In this document: positions 1 to 9,808 of the stretch, one piece after another
Layout: each line of letters begins with the position of its first letter
Position numbering within the stretch: position 1 is the stretch's first letter
Assembly: GCA_963771465.1 (NCBI GenBank)
Contig: CAVYTU010000018.1
Coordinates: 1 to 64,000 of the forward strand
Origin: an uncultured delta proteobacterium
Lineage (GTDB): Bacteria; Desulfobacterota; Binatia; UBA9968
Length of the DNA: 64,000 nucleotides
Direction of reading: 5' to 3'
Notes under the pieces: generated by a model
What the model saw: the letters and a program-made list of their open reading frames with translations, nothing else
Database searches by the model: none
What the model was told of the DNA's origin: nothing
Made by a program: the position numbers and the translations under genes

Positions 1-25
1 AAGAAAAACGATGCCGCGCGCACCA

Positions 26-130
26 AACAGGCATGAGGCGCGAGGCAACCCGAATGGGCAACAGGCGTCAGGCATCAGGCAATAGTAAGATAAAAACTCG
101 TTCAACCGTTTCTCTCCGTTCAAGACGTTA
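26..130 (+). repeat. AGGCRNN heptamer array followed by CGTTCAANN-type 9-mer repeats
   Basis: aggcatg aggcgcg aggcaac ... aggcgtc aggcatc aggcaat agtaa, then cgttcaaccgtttctctccgttcaagacgtt; near-copies at 2358-2449 and 22800-22843. Confidence 0.8.
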
Positions 131-233
131 TGCATCTGAAGGGCGGTTCCAGGCCGAATTGGAAATCGCGAAATAGCTGCACCAGACGAGAGTATGTTGG
201 CCTTCTAGCTGGTTCACCTCGAGGAGACGTGAA

Positions 234-1320
234 ATGATCCATAAACTGGTGATAATTGCACTGCTGATATTGCCCCATGCGGCCTACGGACAGGCGAAGG
301 GTTGGGAAAAGGAATGGACCGATACACTGGAAGGCGCAAAGAAAGAAGGCAAGTTGGTGGTCGCCACGTCGCCGGACCCGGTCATGCGTGAGATTGCGGC
401 TAAGTTTAAGGCGCGCTATGGCATCACGGTGGAGCATTTGGCCGGGTCGTCCACTAAACTCGCTGACCGTTTAGGAATCGAACGCCGCTCGGGCGTAAAT
501 ACGGTGGATGTTTTTCTCGGTGGAGTTCAGTCCGTGGCGAATACGCTTTACCCGGAAAAGATGCTCGATCCGCTCAAGCCGGCATTGATCCTTCCGGAAG
601 TCGTGGAGGCAAAAAAATGGAAGGGTGGTAAACCTTGGTTCATTGATCCGGAGGAACGATACGTCCTAAGGGTCTATAGCACGATTACCAGTTTACTGAG
701 CATCAACACGGATCACGTAAAGCCGGGCGACTTGGTCAAGGCGGCGGACTTATTACAAGCCAAATGGCACGGCAAGATTGCTACCGAAGATCCGACAGTG
801 GCTGGCAGCGGCAGCAACACCGCGGCGCGGATCTACGTTCAAATGGGGGAGGAGTACGTCAAGAAACTGTATCTTGGCCAAAAAGTGGTCATCACCCGCG
901 AGCGGCGCCAATTGACGGATTGGCTGGCTCGCGGAACTCACCCGATTGTCTTCGGCGCGCAAAGCTCCGACGTGGAGAAGATGACCAAGGAGGGGTTTCC
1001 ACTTAAAGACGTTTACGGCTTTTACGGATATGCCCCCGGCTTTAACCGGCTCGCCGTGGCTGTTGGCGCTGATGAACAAAGCGCCACATCCGAATGCGGC
1101 GCGGGTGTTTGTGAACTGGATCGTCTCAAAGGAAGGCTTAGAGATCTATGCCCGCGCGGAGGGCCGAGTCGCGTTGCGAACGGATACCGACGAGTCGTTC
1201 ATCTCGGTGGAGGAAAGGCCAAAAGATGGGATCAAATATTTCGACACTTACGATTGGCAGTTTACCGTAACGGAAAAAGAAAAAATCCGGCTGCGGATTA
1301 AGGAACTGCTCGGGCGCTGA
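234..1320 (+). CDS. ABC substrate-binding protein (Fe/thiamine/polyamine-like), split by a +1 frameshift at about 1020-1023
   Basis: Signal peptide, AKKEGKLVV, then APHPNAARVFVNWIVSKEG in the 1030..1320 frame; removing one T from ggcttttacgg joins the frames. Confidence 0.8.
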
Positions 1321-1329
1321 GGTAATATT

Positions 1330-2327
1330 ATGGCTATCCTTCTAATGCGGCCCGAAAGCGATGATCCTTCGCCGATCGATCAGTCTCTCGGCGCTCGTTT
1401 ATCGGCGCAGACGCTGGCCAATCACGAGGAGATGTTGTTCAGGAAGAGGTCTTCCAGCGCGACGACCAGGCCGATCTTGAGGCAAAGCTCGCCCATTGGC
1501 GAGACAAGATTTCCGCCGTGATCGGGACGACCAGCGTTCCAGAGTCGACGCGCCTCGGCGAACTAGCCGCAAAGCTCAATCTCCTGTGTTTCGTGGCCAA
1601 CAACAACCCGGTGGTTTGGCAAGGACGGAGGCAGGTATTTCATATCGGACTTCCGACCAGCCAGACGACTGCTGCGGTGGCGGCGCTCATTGCGAAAACC
1701 AATCGACGAGAGATTCTTCTCCTGCATGACCAGACGGAGTTTCAAAGCCGGGTTGCTGCTACCATGCGAGACGCGCTGAGAACGCACGGGATGAACGGGC
1801 GATCCCAGCCGGTTTCGTTCGCAGAAGGCGTTCAGATCCCAAGCGAGTGGAAGCCCGAATTGATTTACGTAATTTTCTCCAGCGAGCCCAAAGCTCTGCG
1901 CCTTTTGCAGATGATCAGAAATATCTCGTTGGAAATTCCGCTTCTATTTGGACGCTCGCTCTTGAGAGAGAGTTTCTTGGAGAAGCTGGGCGATCAGCCC
2001 GGTGAGTGCTGGTTTGTCGACATGTTTCATCGCAACGGTCATGAGACACCGGCGCAGAGTAAGTTTTTTCAAACGATGGCAGCGAACGGGGTGAAGGTAC
2101 CGACGGCGAATCATGCCTTTGGCTGGGACGGCGTGGCACACTGCGCCGCGGCGCTAGACGCGGCGGGCGGCAATCCGTTACGGGCCATCGACTATCTCGA
2201 ATCTGGCGTGCGGCTAGAAGGCGCAAGCGGCACCTGTTGTTTCAACCGCGAGAACCACAACGGGCGATTCGAGCCGGGACCGCATACTATTACCCGGTGG
2301 CACAGCCGTCAGCTTGGAGACGTGTAG
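1330..2327 (+). pseudogene. Branched-chain amino-acid-type (LivJ-like) periplasmic-binding-fold protein, frameshifted near 1365-1437
   Basis: SAVIGTTS, HAFGWDG and LEGASG..F motifs in the 1518..2327 frame, which is open back to 1365; N-terminus in a different frame; no signal peptide. Confidence 0.55.
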
Positions 2328-2357
2328 TTGGCAAGCAATCGAGAGCTACCTTCGAAA

Positions 2358-2449
2358 TAGGCATCAGCCGTGAGGCAACAGACCACCCGAGTAGGCGCGA
2401 GGCAACAGGCAACAGTAAATGGGCGATCGTTCAACCGGTTCACTCCGTG
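2358..2449 (+). repeat. Heptamer array plus 9-mer repeat remnant
   Basis: aggcatc agccgtg aggcaac ... aggcgcg aggcaac aggcaac agtaa ... cgttcaaccggttcactccgt. Confidence 0.75.
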
Positions 2450-2553
2450 CTGCGCCCCTACGACGCTGCTGAAAAAAAGTAAGTTGACACAAACTCCGAT
2501 CTACGGCTAGCTACTTGCGTCCGGTTACGACGACTGAAAATAGGAGAATCAAG

Positions 2554-3540
2554 ATGAACAAACGAATTCAAACGGCGGTCTTCAGCTTGTTTCTGATCGC
2601 GGCGTTGCCGGGTTTGACACTGGCGCGGGATCGGTTGGCGCACGGCTATTCCAGCGCGAGCGGAGTTTTCGCCGGCCTGTGGGTAGCGGAAGAAGGGCGG
2701 ATTTTCGAGAAATACGACATCGATTCCCATCTGGTATTGATCGCTTCGGGATCGCTGATGGTGCAGGCGATGTTGGGCGGCGAACTGCCGATCGCCGGTG
2801 CGGCGGGCAGTGCCGCTGTCGATGCCAGCCTGGGCGGGGCGGATATCGTGATGTTCGGATCGATGGTCAAAGTTCCGGCTTTCTACATCATGGCTTTGCC
2901 GGAGATCAAAACCATCGAGGACCTACGCGGCAAGACGGTGGGGGTAACCCGCTTCGGTTCATCGACCGATTTCACGATGCGCTATGTTTTGCGCAAGCAT
3001 GGGCTCGAACCCGGAAAGGACGTGACCCTCCTTCAAACAGGGGATCTCTCTGCCGCTGCAGCCATGTTGCGCAGCCGCACCATCGTCTCTGCGCCGTTCT
3101 CCAGCCCAACCAATCTTCGGGCCGAAGAGGCGGGGGCGCGAGTATTGATGAATATGGGTAAGGCCGGTGTCTACTTTCCCCACGATGCCTTTATGGCGCG
3201 CCGATCTTTTATCAGCGCCAATACGGATCTCGTGCGGCGGTTTCTGAAGGCCTACTCGGAGGCGGTGCATCGGTTGTTTACGGATAAGGAGCTTAGCCGG
3301 CGCGCGATTGCGAGATACACCCGCGCCACGGATGCTAAAACCCTCGATACCGTTTACCAGTACGCGACGGATTACGTGGACAAGATTCCCTACAACACGC
3401 GCGAGGGTATCCAGGAAGTCCTCAATCAGGCGGCGGCAAGAAATCCCAAAGCCAAGGACGCGAAGCCCGAAGCTTTCTACGACGATCGCTTCGTTAAAGA
3501 ACTGGATAGCCAGGGGTTCTACAAGCAATTGTGGAAATGA
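2554..3540 (+). CDS. ABC substrate-binding protein, SsuA/NMT1/TauA family
   Basis: Signal peptide, DLRGKTVGVTRFGSSTDF, RFLKAYSEA; RBS aggag before ATG 2554. Confidence 0.85.
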   Translation: MNKRIQTAVFSLFLIAALPGLTLARDRLAHGYSSASGVFAGLWVAEEGRIFEKYDIDSHLVLIASGSLMVQAMLGGELPIAGAAGSAAVDASLGGADIVMFGSMVKVPAFYIMALPEIKTIEDLRGKTVGVTRFGSSTDFTMRYVLRKHGLEPGKDVTLLQTGDLSAAAAMLRSRTIVSAPFSSPTNLRAEEAGARVLMNMGKAGVYFPHDAFMARRSFISANTDLVRRFLKAYSEAVHRLFTDKELSRRAIARYTRATDAKTLDTVYQYATDYVDKIPYNTREGIQEVLNQAAARNPKAKDAKPEAFYDDRFVKELDSQGFYKQLWK

Positions 3541-3661
3541 AACGCAAAAGCCGTGTTCGTGGCTCGTGATCGTGTCGGACGATTAGCGTGCTGGTGGTTC
3601 GCTTCTTAACGGCCAATTCGTGCGACAATTTGAAAACGTCGAGATCTTCTACGCTGTTCAT
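3541..3661 (-). mobile_element. Internally deleted copy of the four-helix-bundle repeat element
   Basis: 3541-3590 matches the 5325-5375 arm; 3612-3661 matches 5767-5816 (gene 5' end). Confidence 0.8.
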
Positions 3662-3741
3662 GTGACGGCGGGGTGATTTCTTGATTCGGCGTAAATGGAA
3701 AAACTCAGCGACTCACTAACCAGCATCTGGAGGAAGTAAGA

Positions 3742-4788
3742 ATGAAAAAAACACGCATCTTAAGTATTTTCTTGGGGCTGATTTTTCTATTGCCTGCCGT
3801 TGGTCCGGCGCAAACGCCTTTCTATGAGGGAAAGACTTTGACGGTAGTCCTCAGCACCGATCCCGCGGGAACGTCGTCGGTTCGCCTCAGACCCTTGATT
3901 CCCTATCTGCGCAAACACATTCCCGGCAATCCAACGATCGTGGTCGATTATATGGAGGGCGGCGGAGGTCGTAAGGGGGCGAACCATGTTTTTAGAAGCG
4001 CTCGCCCCGACGGTTTGACCGTGGGCGCCTTGAGCAGTTCGATAATCGCGCTGAGCATTCTAGGCGAGAGCGGCATCATGTACGATATCAACAAGTTCAT
4101 TTATCTCGGCGCGACTGAAGGCATCGCTCATCAAGTCTTTTATACGAGAAAAGAACTGGGTCTGGACAGCTTGGAAAAGCTGCGGGCGGCGAGCGGGATC
4201 AGATTGGGCGCCCAGTCCGTGGGCCATGCCGGATACATCGCCGGACGGGTGTTTGCCTACTTGATGGGATTAAAGGAGCCGAAATTTGCCACCGGCTATA
4301 CCGGTCCCGAACTCGACGTGGCGCTGCTCAGCGGAGAGATCGATGCCCGGTCGAATCTGGCGACTTCGATTTTGATGCGCAACTCGGACTGGCTGGACAA
4401 GGGGACAATGAATTTTCACGCCATCGTGGAAATTCCCAAGGGATCGAAGCATCCTCGATTCGCCAAACTTGCGGAGCTCGAGAGCTTCGCCAAATCCGAT
4501 ACAGATCGCAAGCTCGTTACCGTATTCCGCTCCTTCAGAAACGCGGGGTCGCCGTTCGTTGTGCCTCCCGGGACGCCCAAAGACCGGGTCGAGATACTGC
4601 GGGAGGCGATGCGGCGGACATTTAAAGATCCCGAATTTCTGGCCGAGTACAAGAAAATCATCCGGGAGGATTTCGAACCGGTGATGCCGGAAGAGGTCGA
4701 CAAGGCGATTCGGGAGATCCCGCGCGACCCCGAGGTCAACGAATTGGTCAAGAAACTCACCGGGCCGGGTCCTATGCCGTTGCGATGA
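3742..4788 (+). CDS. Tripartite tricarboxylate transporter substrate-binding protein (TctC/Bug-like)
   Basis: FYEGKTL, HIPGNPTIVV, ARPDGLT, PPGTPKDRV motifs. Confidence 0.85.
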   Translation: MKKTRILSIFLGLIFLLPAVGPAQTPFYEGKTLTVVLSTDPAGTSSVRLRPLIPYLRKHIPGNPTIVVDYMEGGGGRKGANHVFRSARPDGLTVGALSSSIIALSILGESGIMYDINKFIYLGATEGIAHQVFYTRKELGLDSLEKLRAASGIRLGAQSVGHAGYIAGRVFAYLMGLKEPKFATGYTGPELDVALLSGEIDARSNLATSILMRNSDWLDKGTMNFHAIVEIPKGSKHPRFAKLAELESFAKSDTDRKLVTVFRSFRNAGSPFVVPPGTPKDRVEILREAMRRTFKDPEFLAEYKKIIREDFEPVMPEEVDKAIREIPRDPEVNELVKKLTGPGPMPLR

Positions 4789-4939
4789 CGACCGTGGCTC
4801 GATCGCTAAGCGTCGGGTCGGACGAGCGGCAGCGGCTTGATGGCGTAGCTAAGGAACAGTTCAAAACATCCAGAAGCGACCATCAACGAGAGAGTTAGGT
4901 TGTCAAAGTTTTTGAACGAACTTCGATTCAGGAGACCTG

Positions 4940-5353
4940 ATGCCTAAGAAAGAAGTTATTCAAGTGAATCTTGCTGCGGCGAATCCAAATCTCTCACCGG
5001 CCACGCGGTTCGGAGATCTGGTGTTCGTCGCCGGTCAAACCGGCCGACACCCAGTCACCGGGGAAGTCGGCAGAGACGTTCGCGAGCAGACTCAGTACGC
5101 CATCGAACGGATCAAGATGATTTTGGCAACCGCGGGGACATCTCTCGACAATGTTCTGACGGTGCTGACGCATCTGACCAGACGTGAGGATCTTGCGGCG
5201 TACAACGAGGAATACGCCAAGTTTTTCCCGACTAATAAACCAGCCAGGACCACCGTGGAAGTGATGTTGAACGCTCCCGAGCTCCTTGTGGAGATAACCG
5301 TCACGGCTGGCATTTCCGAGGCGGAACGCAAAAGCCGTGTTCGTGGCTCGTGA
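4940..5353 (+). CDS. RidA/YjgF family enamine deaminase
   Basis: LVFVAGQ, AGTSLDNV, KPARTTV, LLVEI; last codons run into the repeat arm. Confidence 0.9.
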   Translation: MPKKEVIQVNLAAANPNLSPATRFGDLVFVAGQTGRHPVTGEVGRDVREQTQYAIERIKMILATAGTSLDNVLTVLTHLTRREDLAAYNEEYAKFFPTNKPARTTVEVMLNAPELLVEITVTAGISEAERKSRVRGS

Positions 5354-5962
5354 TCGTGTCGGACTATTAGCGTGCTCGTGGTGCGGAGAAAGGCCGTGGG
5401 CGTTTGGGGGAGAACTGCCGTGTTCGTGAGCGTGGGTAGTAAAGACTTCACCGTGATCGTCATTTGCGATTGAGCGTTTGCGACAGCCTCGACAGCATCT
5501 GAACGACGCGATCGTAACCCGTGCGTAGTTCGCTATAGGCCTCTTGAGTAATATAAGGTAAATCTCTGGCCAACATCAGTTGGTAACATACTTCGCCCGC
5601 CGAACCCCTGGCGATACCGACAAATTGCCGATACTCCTTGGTGCCAAGCCTCATAGCGCCTTCCATGAGATTCATACCCACTGAAATCCCGGCCCGTCGC
5701 ATCTGGTCAACCAGGCTGTAGGTTTCTTCCCTGGGGAAACTTTTGGTCACCGAATAAATTTTCAGAGCCAATTCGTGCGCCAATTTGAAAACGTCGAGAT
5801 CTTCTACGCTGTTCATCGCCGCTCCTCCGATATCACGATCACGAAACACGACCACGATCTCCTCACATCCCCTCGACGAGCACGTATCACGATCACGCCC
5901 ATCACGTTCAACTGTTCCGCTCCGTTCAAGCCGTTTAGGAAAGCGGCGGTTCAAAGTTAAAG
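5317..5962. mobile_element. Putative panhandle element: four-helix-bundle gene flanked by inverted CGTGNT/ANCACG hexamer arrays
   Basis: Left arm cgtgtt cgtggc tcgtgat cgtgtc ... cgtgat cgt; right arm atcacg atcacg aaacacg accacg ... atcacg atcacg. Confidence 0.65.
5460..5816 (-). CDS. Four-helix-bundle protein (23S rRNA intervening-sequence / Avd-like family)
   Basis: MNSVEDLDVFKLAHEL, FPREETYSLVDQMRRA, NLMEG, ARGSAGE; RBS ggagga upstream of ATG 5816. Confidence 0.92.
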   Translation of the reverse strand: MNSVEDLDVFKLAHELALKIYSVTKSFPREETYSLVDQMRRAGISVGMNLMEGAMRLGTKEYRQFVGIARGSAGEVCYQLMLARDLPYITQEAYSELRTGYDRVVQMLSRLSQTLNRK

Positions 5963-5989
5963 TCGATTGCGGCGTCAAAGCCAAACATC

Positions 5990-6028
5990 GCCCAAGTCCT
6001 TGACGGTAATCACGCGGCTCTATACGGT
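5990..6028 (+). promoter_or_regulatory. Putative sigma70 promoter for 6140
   Basis: TTGACG-17 nt-TACGGT starting at about 6000. Confidence 0.4.
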
Positions 6029-6139
6029 AACTTCCGAAACGAAACGCTAGTCGTAACAGCGCGGTGAGCCGAAGGTAACGGCATTCATTGACCGCGATTG
6101 TTTTCTGCAAATTGCTCAAATCGGGAGGCGGAATAAATC

Positions 6140-7204
6140 ATGCGGCTAACTAAATTGATAAAGTTGGTTTTCAACCTGGCCGTTGGTTTCGGCATGTCAT
6201 GGATGATTCCGTGCGCGGCCTATTCTCAAGCCGTTAAAATTGGCCGAAACCTGGCTGAGATTACTACACTCGCCAATCAGGAAGGACGGGTTCGTATGGC
6301 GAGCGGCCTGGAGGCGGACGTCGAACCGTTGGTGCTGCAAGGGTTCCGACAGAAATTTCCGCGGATCAAAGTGGAGCATGCAGAGCTCAATCCTCCTGAC
6401 AGAGAACGTATCTTGAACGAGGCTTTGGCGGGCATGGTCGAATCTGATGTCGTCGACGTATCGACCAATCTGCACAGTAATTATCTCAAGGCAAACATTT
6501 TAGCGGGACCCTTTGAGTTCAAAAAACTCTTCCCCGACGTTCCCGAGAATCACTTGAGTCCCAATGGCTACTTTGTCGGGGTTGGATTCACGGCAAACGT
6601 TCTCGCGTACAACACCTCGGTGGTAGCTCCAAAGCGGATTCCGAAAGAGTGGCAGGACTGCCTTGATCCCCAGTGGAGAGGAAAGCTTATCGTACCGGCT
6701 CGTCCCAAACCCTTTGTCGGCTTGTCCTTTGGCTGGGGCGAAGCGCGAGTTCTCGAATACGTTTCTCAGCTCAAACAAAACCAACCTTCCTGGAAGACAT
6801 CCCAGGCAGAGAGCTTTACGCAGCTCGCGGCCGGCGAATATCAAATGATTTGTGGAGCTTACTATTTTACTTATAACGCCCTGTTGAGAAAAGATCCCGG
6901 CGTCAAGATCGCTGTTTCGTTTCCGTCTGAAATCCCGGTGCTCCTCAGTGAGACACTGGCGATCATGAAAGGTACGAAGAACCCCAATGCCAGCTTGCTC
7001 CTGGCGAGCTGGCTTGCATCTGCCGAAGGTCAAAAGGGCTACGATCAAATCGGCAGAGGTTCGCCATTTGTTAAGGGTGGGGATATGGCAAAAATCTTAC
7101 AGAAGAATGGCTCCAAAGTTATTTACGGAGGGTGGGATCTGCCAGACTATGAACCAGTCATTACGGCAAAAATTATTAGCGCTTGGGGTTTTCGCAACAA
7201 GTAA
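6140..7204 (+). CDS. ABC substrate-binding protein (Fe/thiamine-like)
   Basis: AYNTSVV, WQDCLDPQWRGK, KNPNASLLLASWLAS. Confidence 0.8.
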   Translation: MRLTKLIKLVFNLAVGFGMSWMIPCAAYSQAVKIGRNLAEITTLANQEGRVRMASGLEADVEPLVLQGFRQKFPRIKVEHAELNPPDRERILNEALAGMVESDVVDVSTNLHSNYLKANILAGPFEFKKLFPDVPENHLSPNGYFVGVGFTANVLAYNTSVVAPKRIPKEWQDCLDPQWRGKLIVPARPKPFVGLSFGWGEARVLEYVSQLKQNQPSWKTSQAESFTQLAAGEYQMICGAYYFTYNALLRKDPGVKIAVSFPSEIPVLLSETLAIMKGTKNPNASLLLASWLASAEGQKGYDQIGRGSPFVKGGDMAKILQKNGSKVIYGGWDLPDYEPVITAKIISAWGFRNK

Positions 7205-7351
7205 ATTGCAGAGTTATCAAACCGGAAATAGTTCGGGCCTAAGATCGAGCATTGACCAACCCTACGATGCTCTCGCTCTCGACAGAGCGTTCGTGGGTGC
7301 CGCAACCGGCAAAGCAGCAGCGCTGGCCGAGTCATTCCATACGAGGAAATA

Positions 7352-8428
7352 ATGCTTCTTTTGACGGATGAAATCATCAACTCGCTTTTATCGGTTCGCG
7401 ATTGCGTGGGAGATATGGAATTGGCTTACCAGCAGCTCGCCGCGGACCAAGCCGCCGAAGTGGGACGAGAACGAATGTTCTTGGACGACCGCAAGACGGG
7501 GATTGTCTACCGGCTCGGCCGTCAGTGTGGCGCCGTATCGGCTTTAGGCGTAGCGGCCCTGCGCGTCAATTCGACGAGGAAGGGATTCCGCAAGGGAATC
7601 GACAAAATGAAGACATCGAACGATCCCAAAGATCATCACCTGGTGCTGCTGTTCAGCTTGGAAAGCGGTGAACTGTTGGCGATCCTCCATGGCTTTACGC
7701 TCTCCGCATTACGGTTAGGGGCCACTACTGCGGTAGCGACAAAATATTTGGCTCGCGAGGGAGCTGACCAGGTCGGGGTTTATGGTTCCGGCAAGCAGGC
7801 GAGAGCGAACTTGGAGGGAATCGCCGCCGTCGCTAAGCTGAGGCTGGTAAAAGTTTATAGCCCAAATCGGGTGCACCGCGAGATGTTTGCAAAGGATATG
7901 GAAGAGAAACTCGATATTTCCGTACGGCCTGTTGAGGATCCGAGGGAAGTTCTCCGCGAATCCTCGATCGTTTTATGCGCGACCAGTGCCTGGGAGCCGA
8001 TATTTGACGGAGGCGAGGTGGAGGACGGTGCGTTGGTCATTTCGCTTCGCAATAGCGATCATGAAAAGACTCCTCGCGAATTTGATGAAACGATACTGCG
8101 GCGCAGTCCGTTTATCGTAGTGTGTTCGAAGCCTCAAATAAACCAGGACAATCAGCGGGAGCTTCTCGATCATATCGAAACGGGCGTCATTTCCTGGGAG
8201 AACATTTATGAGCTTAGCGATCTGGTCGCAGGCAAGGTCAAAAGGCGATCACCGACGGATATTCTTTTTTATCACAGTAATACCGGCATGGGCATCCAGT
8301 TTGCCGCTGTAGGGTATCGAACGTATCAAGTCGCGCGGGAAAAAGGTTTGGGGAATGACCTGCCGAACGAATGGTTTCATGCAGATCTGACCCCCTGGTT
8401 TGAACTTGGCTTTCGACCGACATCTTAA
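7352..8428 (+). CDS. Ornithine cyclodeaminase / mu-crystallin family protein
   Basis: LRLGATTAVATKYLAR, GVYGSGKQA, GMGIQFAA. Confidence 0.9.
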   Translation: MLLLTDEIINSLLSVRDCVGDMELAYQQLAADQAAEVGRERMFLDDRKTGIVYRLGRQCGAVSALGVAALRVNSTRKGFRKGIDKMKTSNDPKDHHLVLLFSLESGELLAILHGFTLSALRLGATTAVATKYLAREGADQVGVYGSGKQARANLEGIAAVAKLRLVKVYSPNRVHREMFAKDMEEKLDISVRPVEDPREVLRESSIVLCATSAWEPIFDGGEVEDGALVISLRNSDHEKTPREFDETILRRSPFIVVCSKPQINQDNQRELLDHIETGVISWENIYELSDLVAGKVKRRSPTDILFYHSNTGMGIQFAAVGYRTYQVAREKGLGNDLPNEWFHADLTPWFELGFRPTS

Positions 8429-8488
8429 TGCGGCGGTTCAAAGTTCGAAAACAGAAGTCCGACGCCCACACCGGCGCGATGGAGAATG

Positions 8489-8740
8489 CTACGACCGCTG
8501 CCGTTGTTTTCGCTCGCCTCCTTTGAACCTTTCTCGGCAATTCTTGAGCGCATCGGGATTGTTCGCCGCCTGAACGCAGCTTTTTTGGGTTTGTAGGTGG
8601 TTGAGGCGCTGATCGATCCGCTGCAATCTTTCGGCCTTTCTTTGGGTAAAGCTTTCGGATGACGCACTGGCGGCGAAGCCAGTCCCAACATTGAGAGTCA
8701 GTAATGCGAACAAAACCGCCAAGGACAATCTAGTGTTCAT
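8489..8740 (-). CDS. Small secreted helical protein with two Cys
   Basis: Signal peptide, RBS aggagg, SCVQAA..LKNCR. Confidence 0.75.
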   Translation of the reverse strand: MNTRLSLAVLFALLTLNVGTGFAASASSESFTQRKAERLQRIDQRLNHLQTQKSCVQAANNPDALKNCRERFKGGERKQRQRS

Positions 8741-8777
8741 GATTCCTCCTGATAGAGAATTACCGCCGTTATCTCAG

Positions 8778-8807
8778 TTAGACGTCGGCAGCAAGAATCG
8801 GTTGACA
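8778..8807 (-). promoter_or_regulatory. Putative ECF-sigma promoter
   Basis: Minus strand TGTCAAC-16 nt-CGTCTAA about 40 nt upstream of ATG 8740. Confidence 0.55.
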
Positions 8808-8851
8808 CCAGGGCAGCTAAAATGATGACGGCAGAGAAGTGGGCTTTCGCG

Positions 8852-9595
8852 CTAGTCCAAAGCCAGGAGCCGCACATAGCCGGGGATGGGTTGCCACAAC
8901 CCTAGCAACTGGAGGCGGTGTCGAACGTAGGCGGGCGAGTTGCTGAAAACCGGTTTGCCAAACTCTTCTTCCAGGCGAACTGCGCCAGGCAGGCCCAACC
9001 ATGAACCGCCGCCGATGTATAGGCCATCGGCTTCGGGGAATTTTTTAAATGCCGTGGCACCAAGCTGGTAGGACAGGTCGAGTCCCTGTTGCAAACCCAT
9101 GCCCTCGAATTCCTTTGGGGTCATCACATGGGTCGACCAGCCGGCGACATTGATCCCTTCGCGGGCGAAAAACTTTGCCAGGTTCTGGTTCATCGGATCG
9201 GTCCACTTGTTGGCCAGCGCGATGTTCTTCAATCCGAGCCGTTTCGCGCCGGCGACCATGCTCAGCACGTTGGCGGTGGTTGGTATCCCCGACGCCGCCT
9301 GCATCCGGCCCAGCAGTTCATCCAAGAAGTCCGGGCCCATTACGCAAGGCAGCGGCACGCCGCTTTGCACGATAAGATCGACATTGTGCTTGGCCAAGGT
9401 CCTGGCGTATTCCGCCGCGGGCGCGAATACGCGCTGGATCTCCTTGGGCGTAAACTCTTCCATGCCTACCGGCATCGCCACCGTCGATACGCCGCGCGGG
9501 ATCGAGAAGTAGTACCACTCATATTCGGTGACCGTGTTAGTCGGCGATAGCGAACCCAATGTTTTTTTCGGCCAGTAGGACTCCGGTAATGTCAT
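8852..9595 (-). CDS. Maleate isomerase / arylmalonate decarboxylase (Asp/Glu racemase fold) family protein
   Basis: GSLSP, GIPTT, ADGLYI, LEEEFGKPV, PIPGYVRLL; RBS gaggagg. Confidence 0.8.
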   Translation of the reverse strand: MTLPESYWPKKTLGSLSPTNTVTEYEWYYFSIPRGVSTVAMPVGMEEFTPKEIQRVFAPAAEYARTLAKHNVDLIVQSGVPLPCVMGPDFLDELLGRMQAASGIPTTANVLSMVAGAKRLGLKNIALANKWTDPMNQNLAKFFAREGINVAGWSTHVMTPKEFEGMGLQQGLDLSYQLGATAFKKFPEADGLYIGGGSWLGLPGAVRLEEEFGKPVFSNSPAYVRHRLQLLGLWQPIPGYVRLLALD

Positions 9596-9808
9596 GACAG
9601 ACCTCCTCAATGCGATTGCGGCAGGCGCGGCGCGGCGGCGCTAGCTCTTTGGGCTCGGTGGCACATGGCGTTTACTTACGGCTTCTGGAAACGATCGGGA
9701 TCGAAGGACGCGCCGGTGAAACCCGATCAGCTCACTCCGACCTTCGCTATCCATATACAGTTGCCTGGGCCCTCTTGGCAAACCGTTCATTCACTTTTTT
9801 CTAGAAGA

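Noticed and set aside
1009-1040. Programmed ribosomal frameshift in the SBP gene
   Set aside because: No canonical slippery heptamer or stimulator, and similar indels occur in several unrelated genes.
5460-5816. Diversity-generating retroelement suggested by the Avd-like protein and near-identical repeats
   Set aside because: No reverse transcriptase in the window, and differences between copies are not adenine-specific.
5817-6119. N-terminal extensions from the ORF track (5460..6119, 9864, 16323, 57098, 62907)
   Set aside because: They translate repeats or intergenic DNA. Downstream starts have an RBS or match the family N-terminus.
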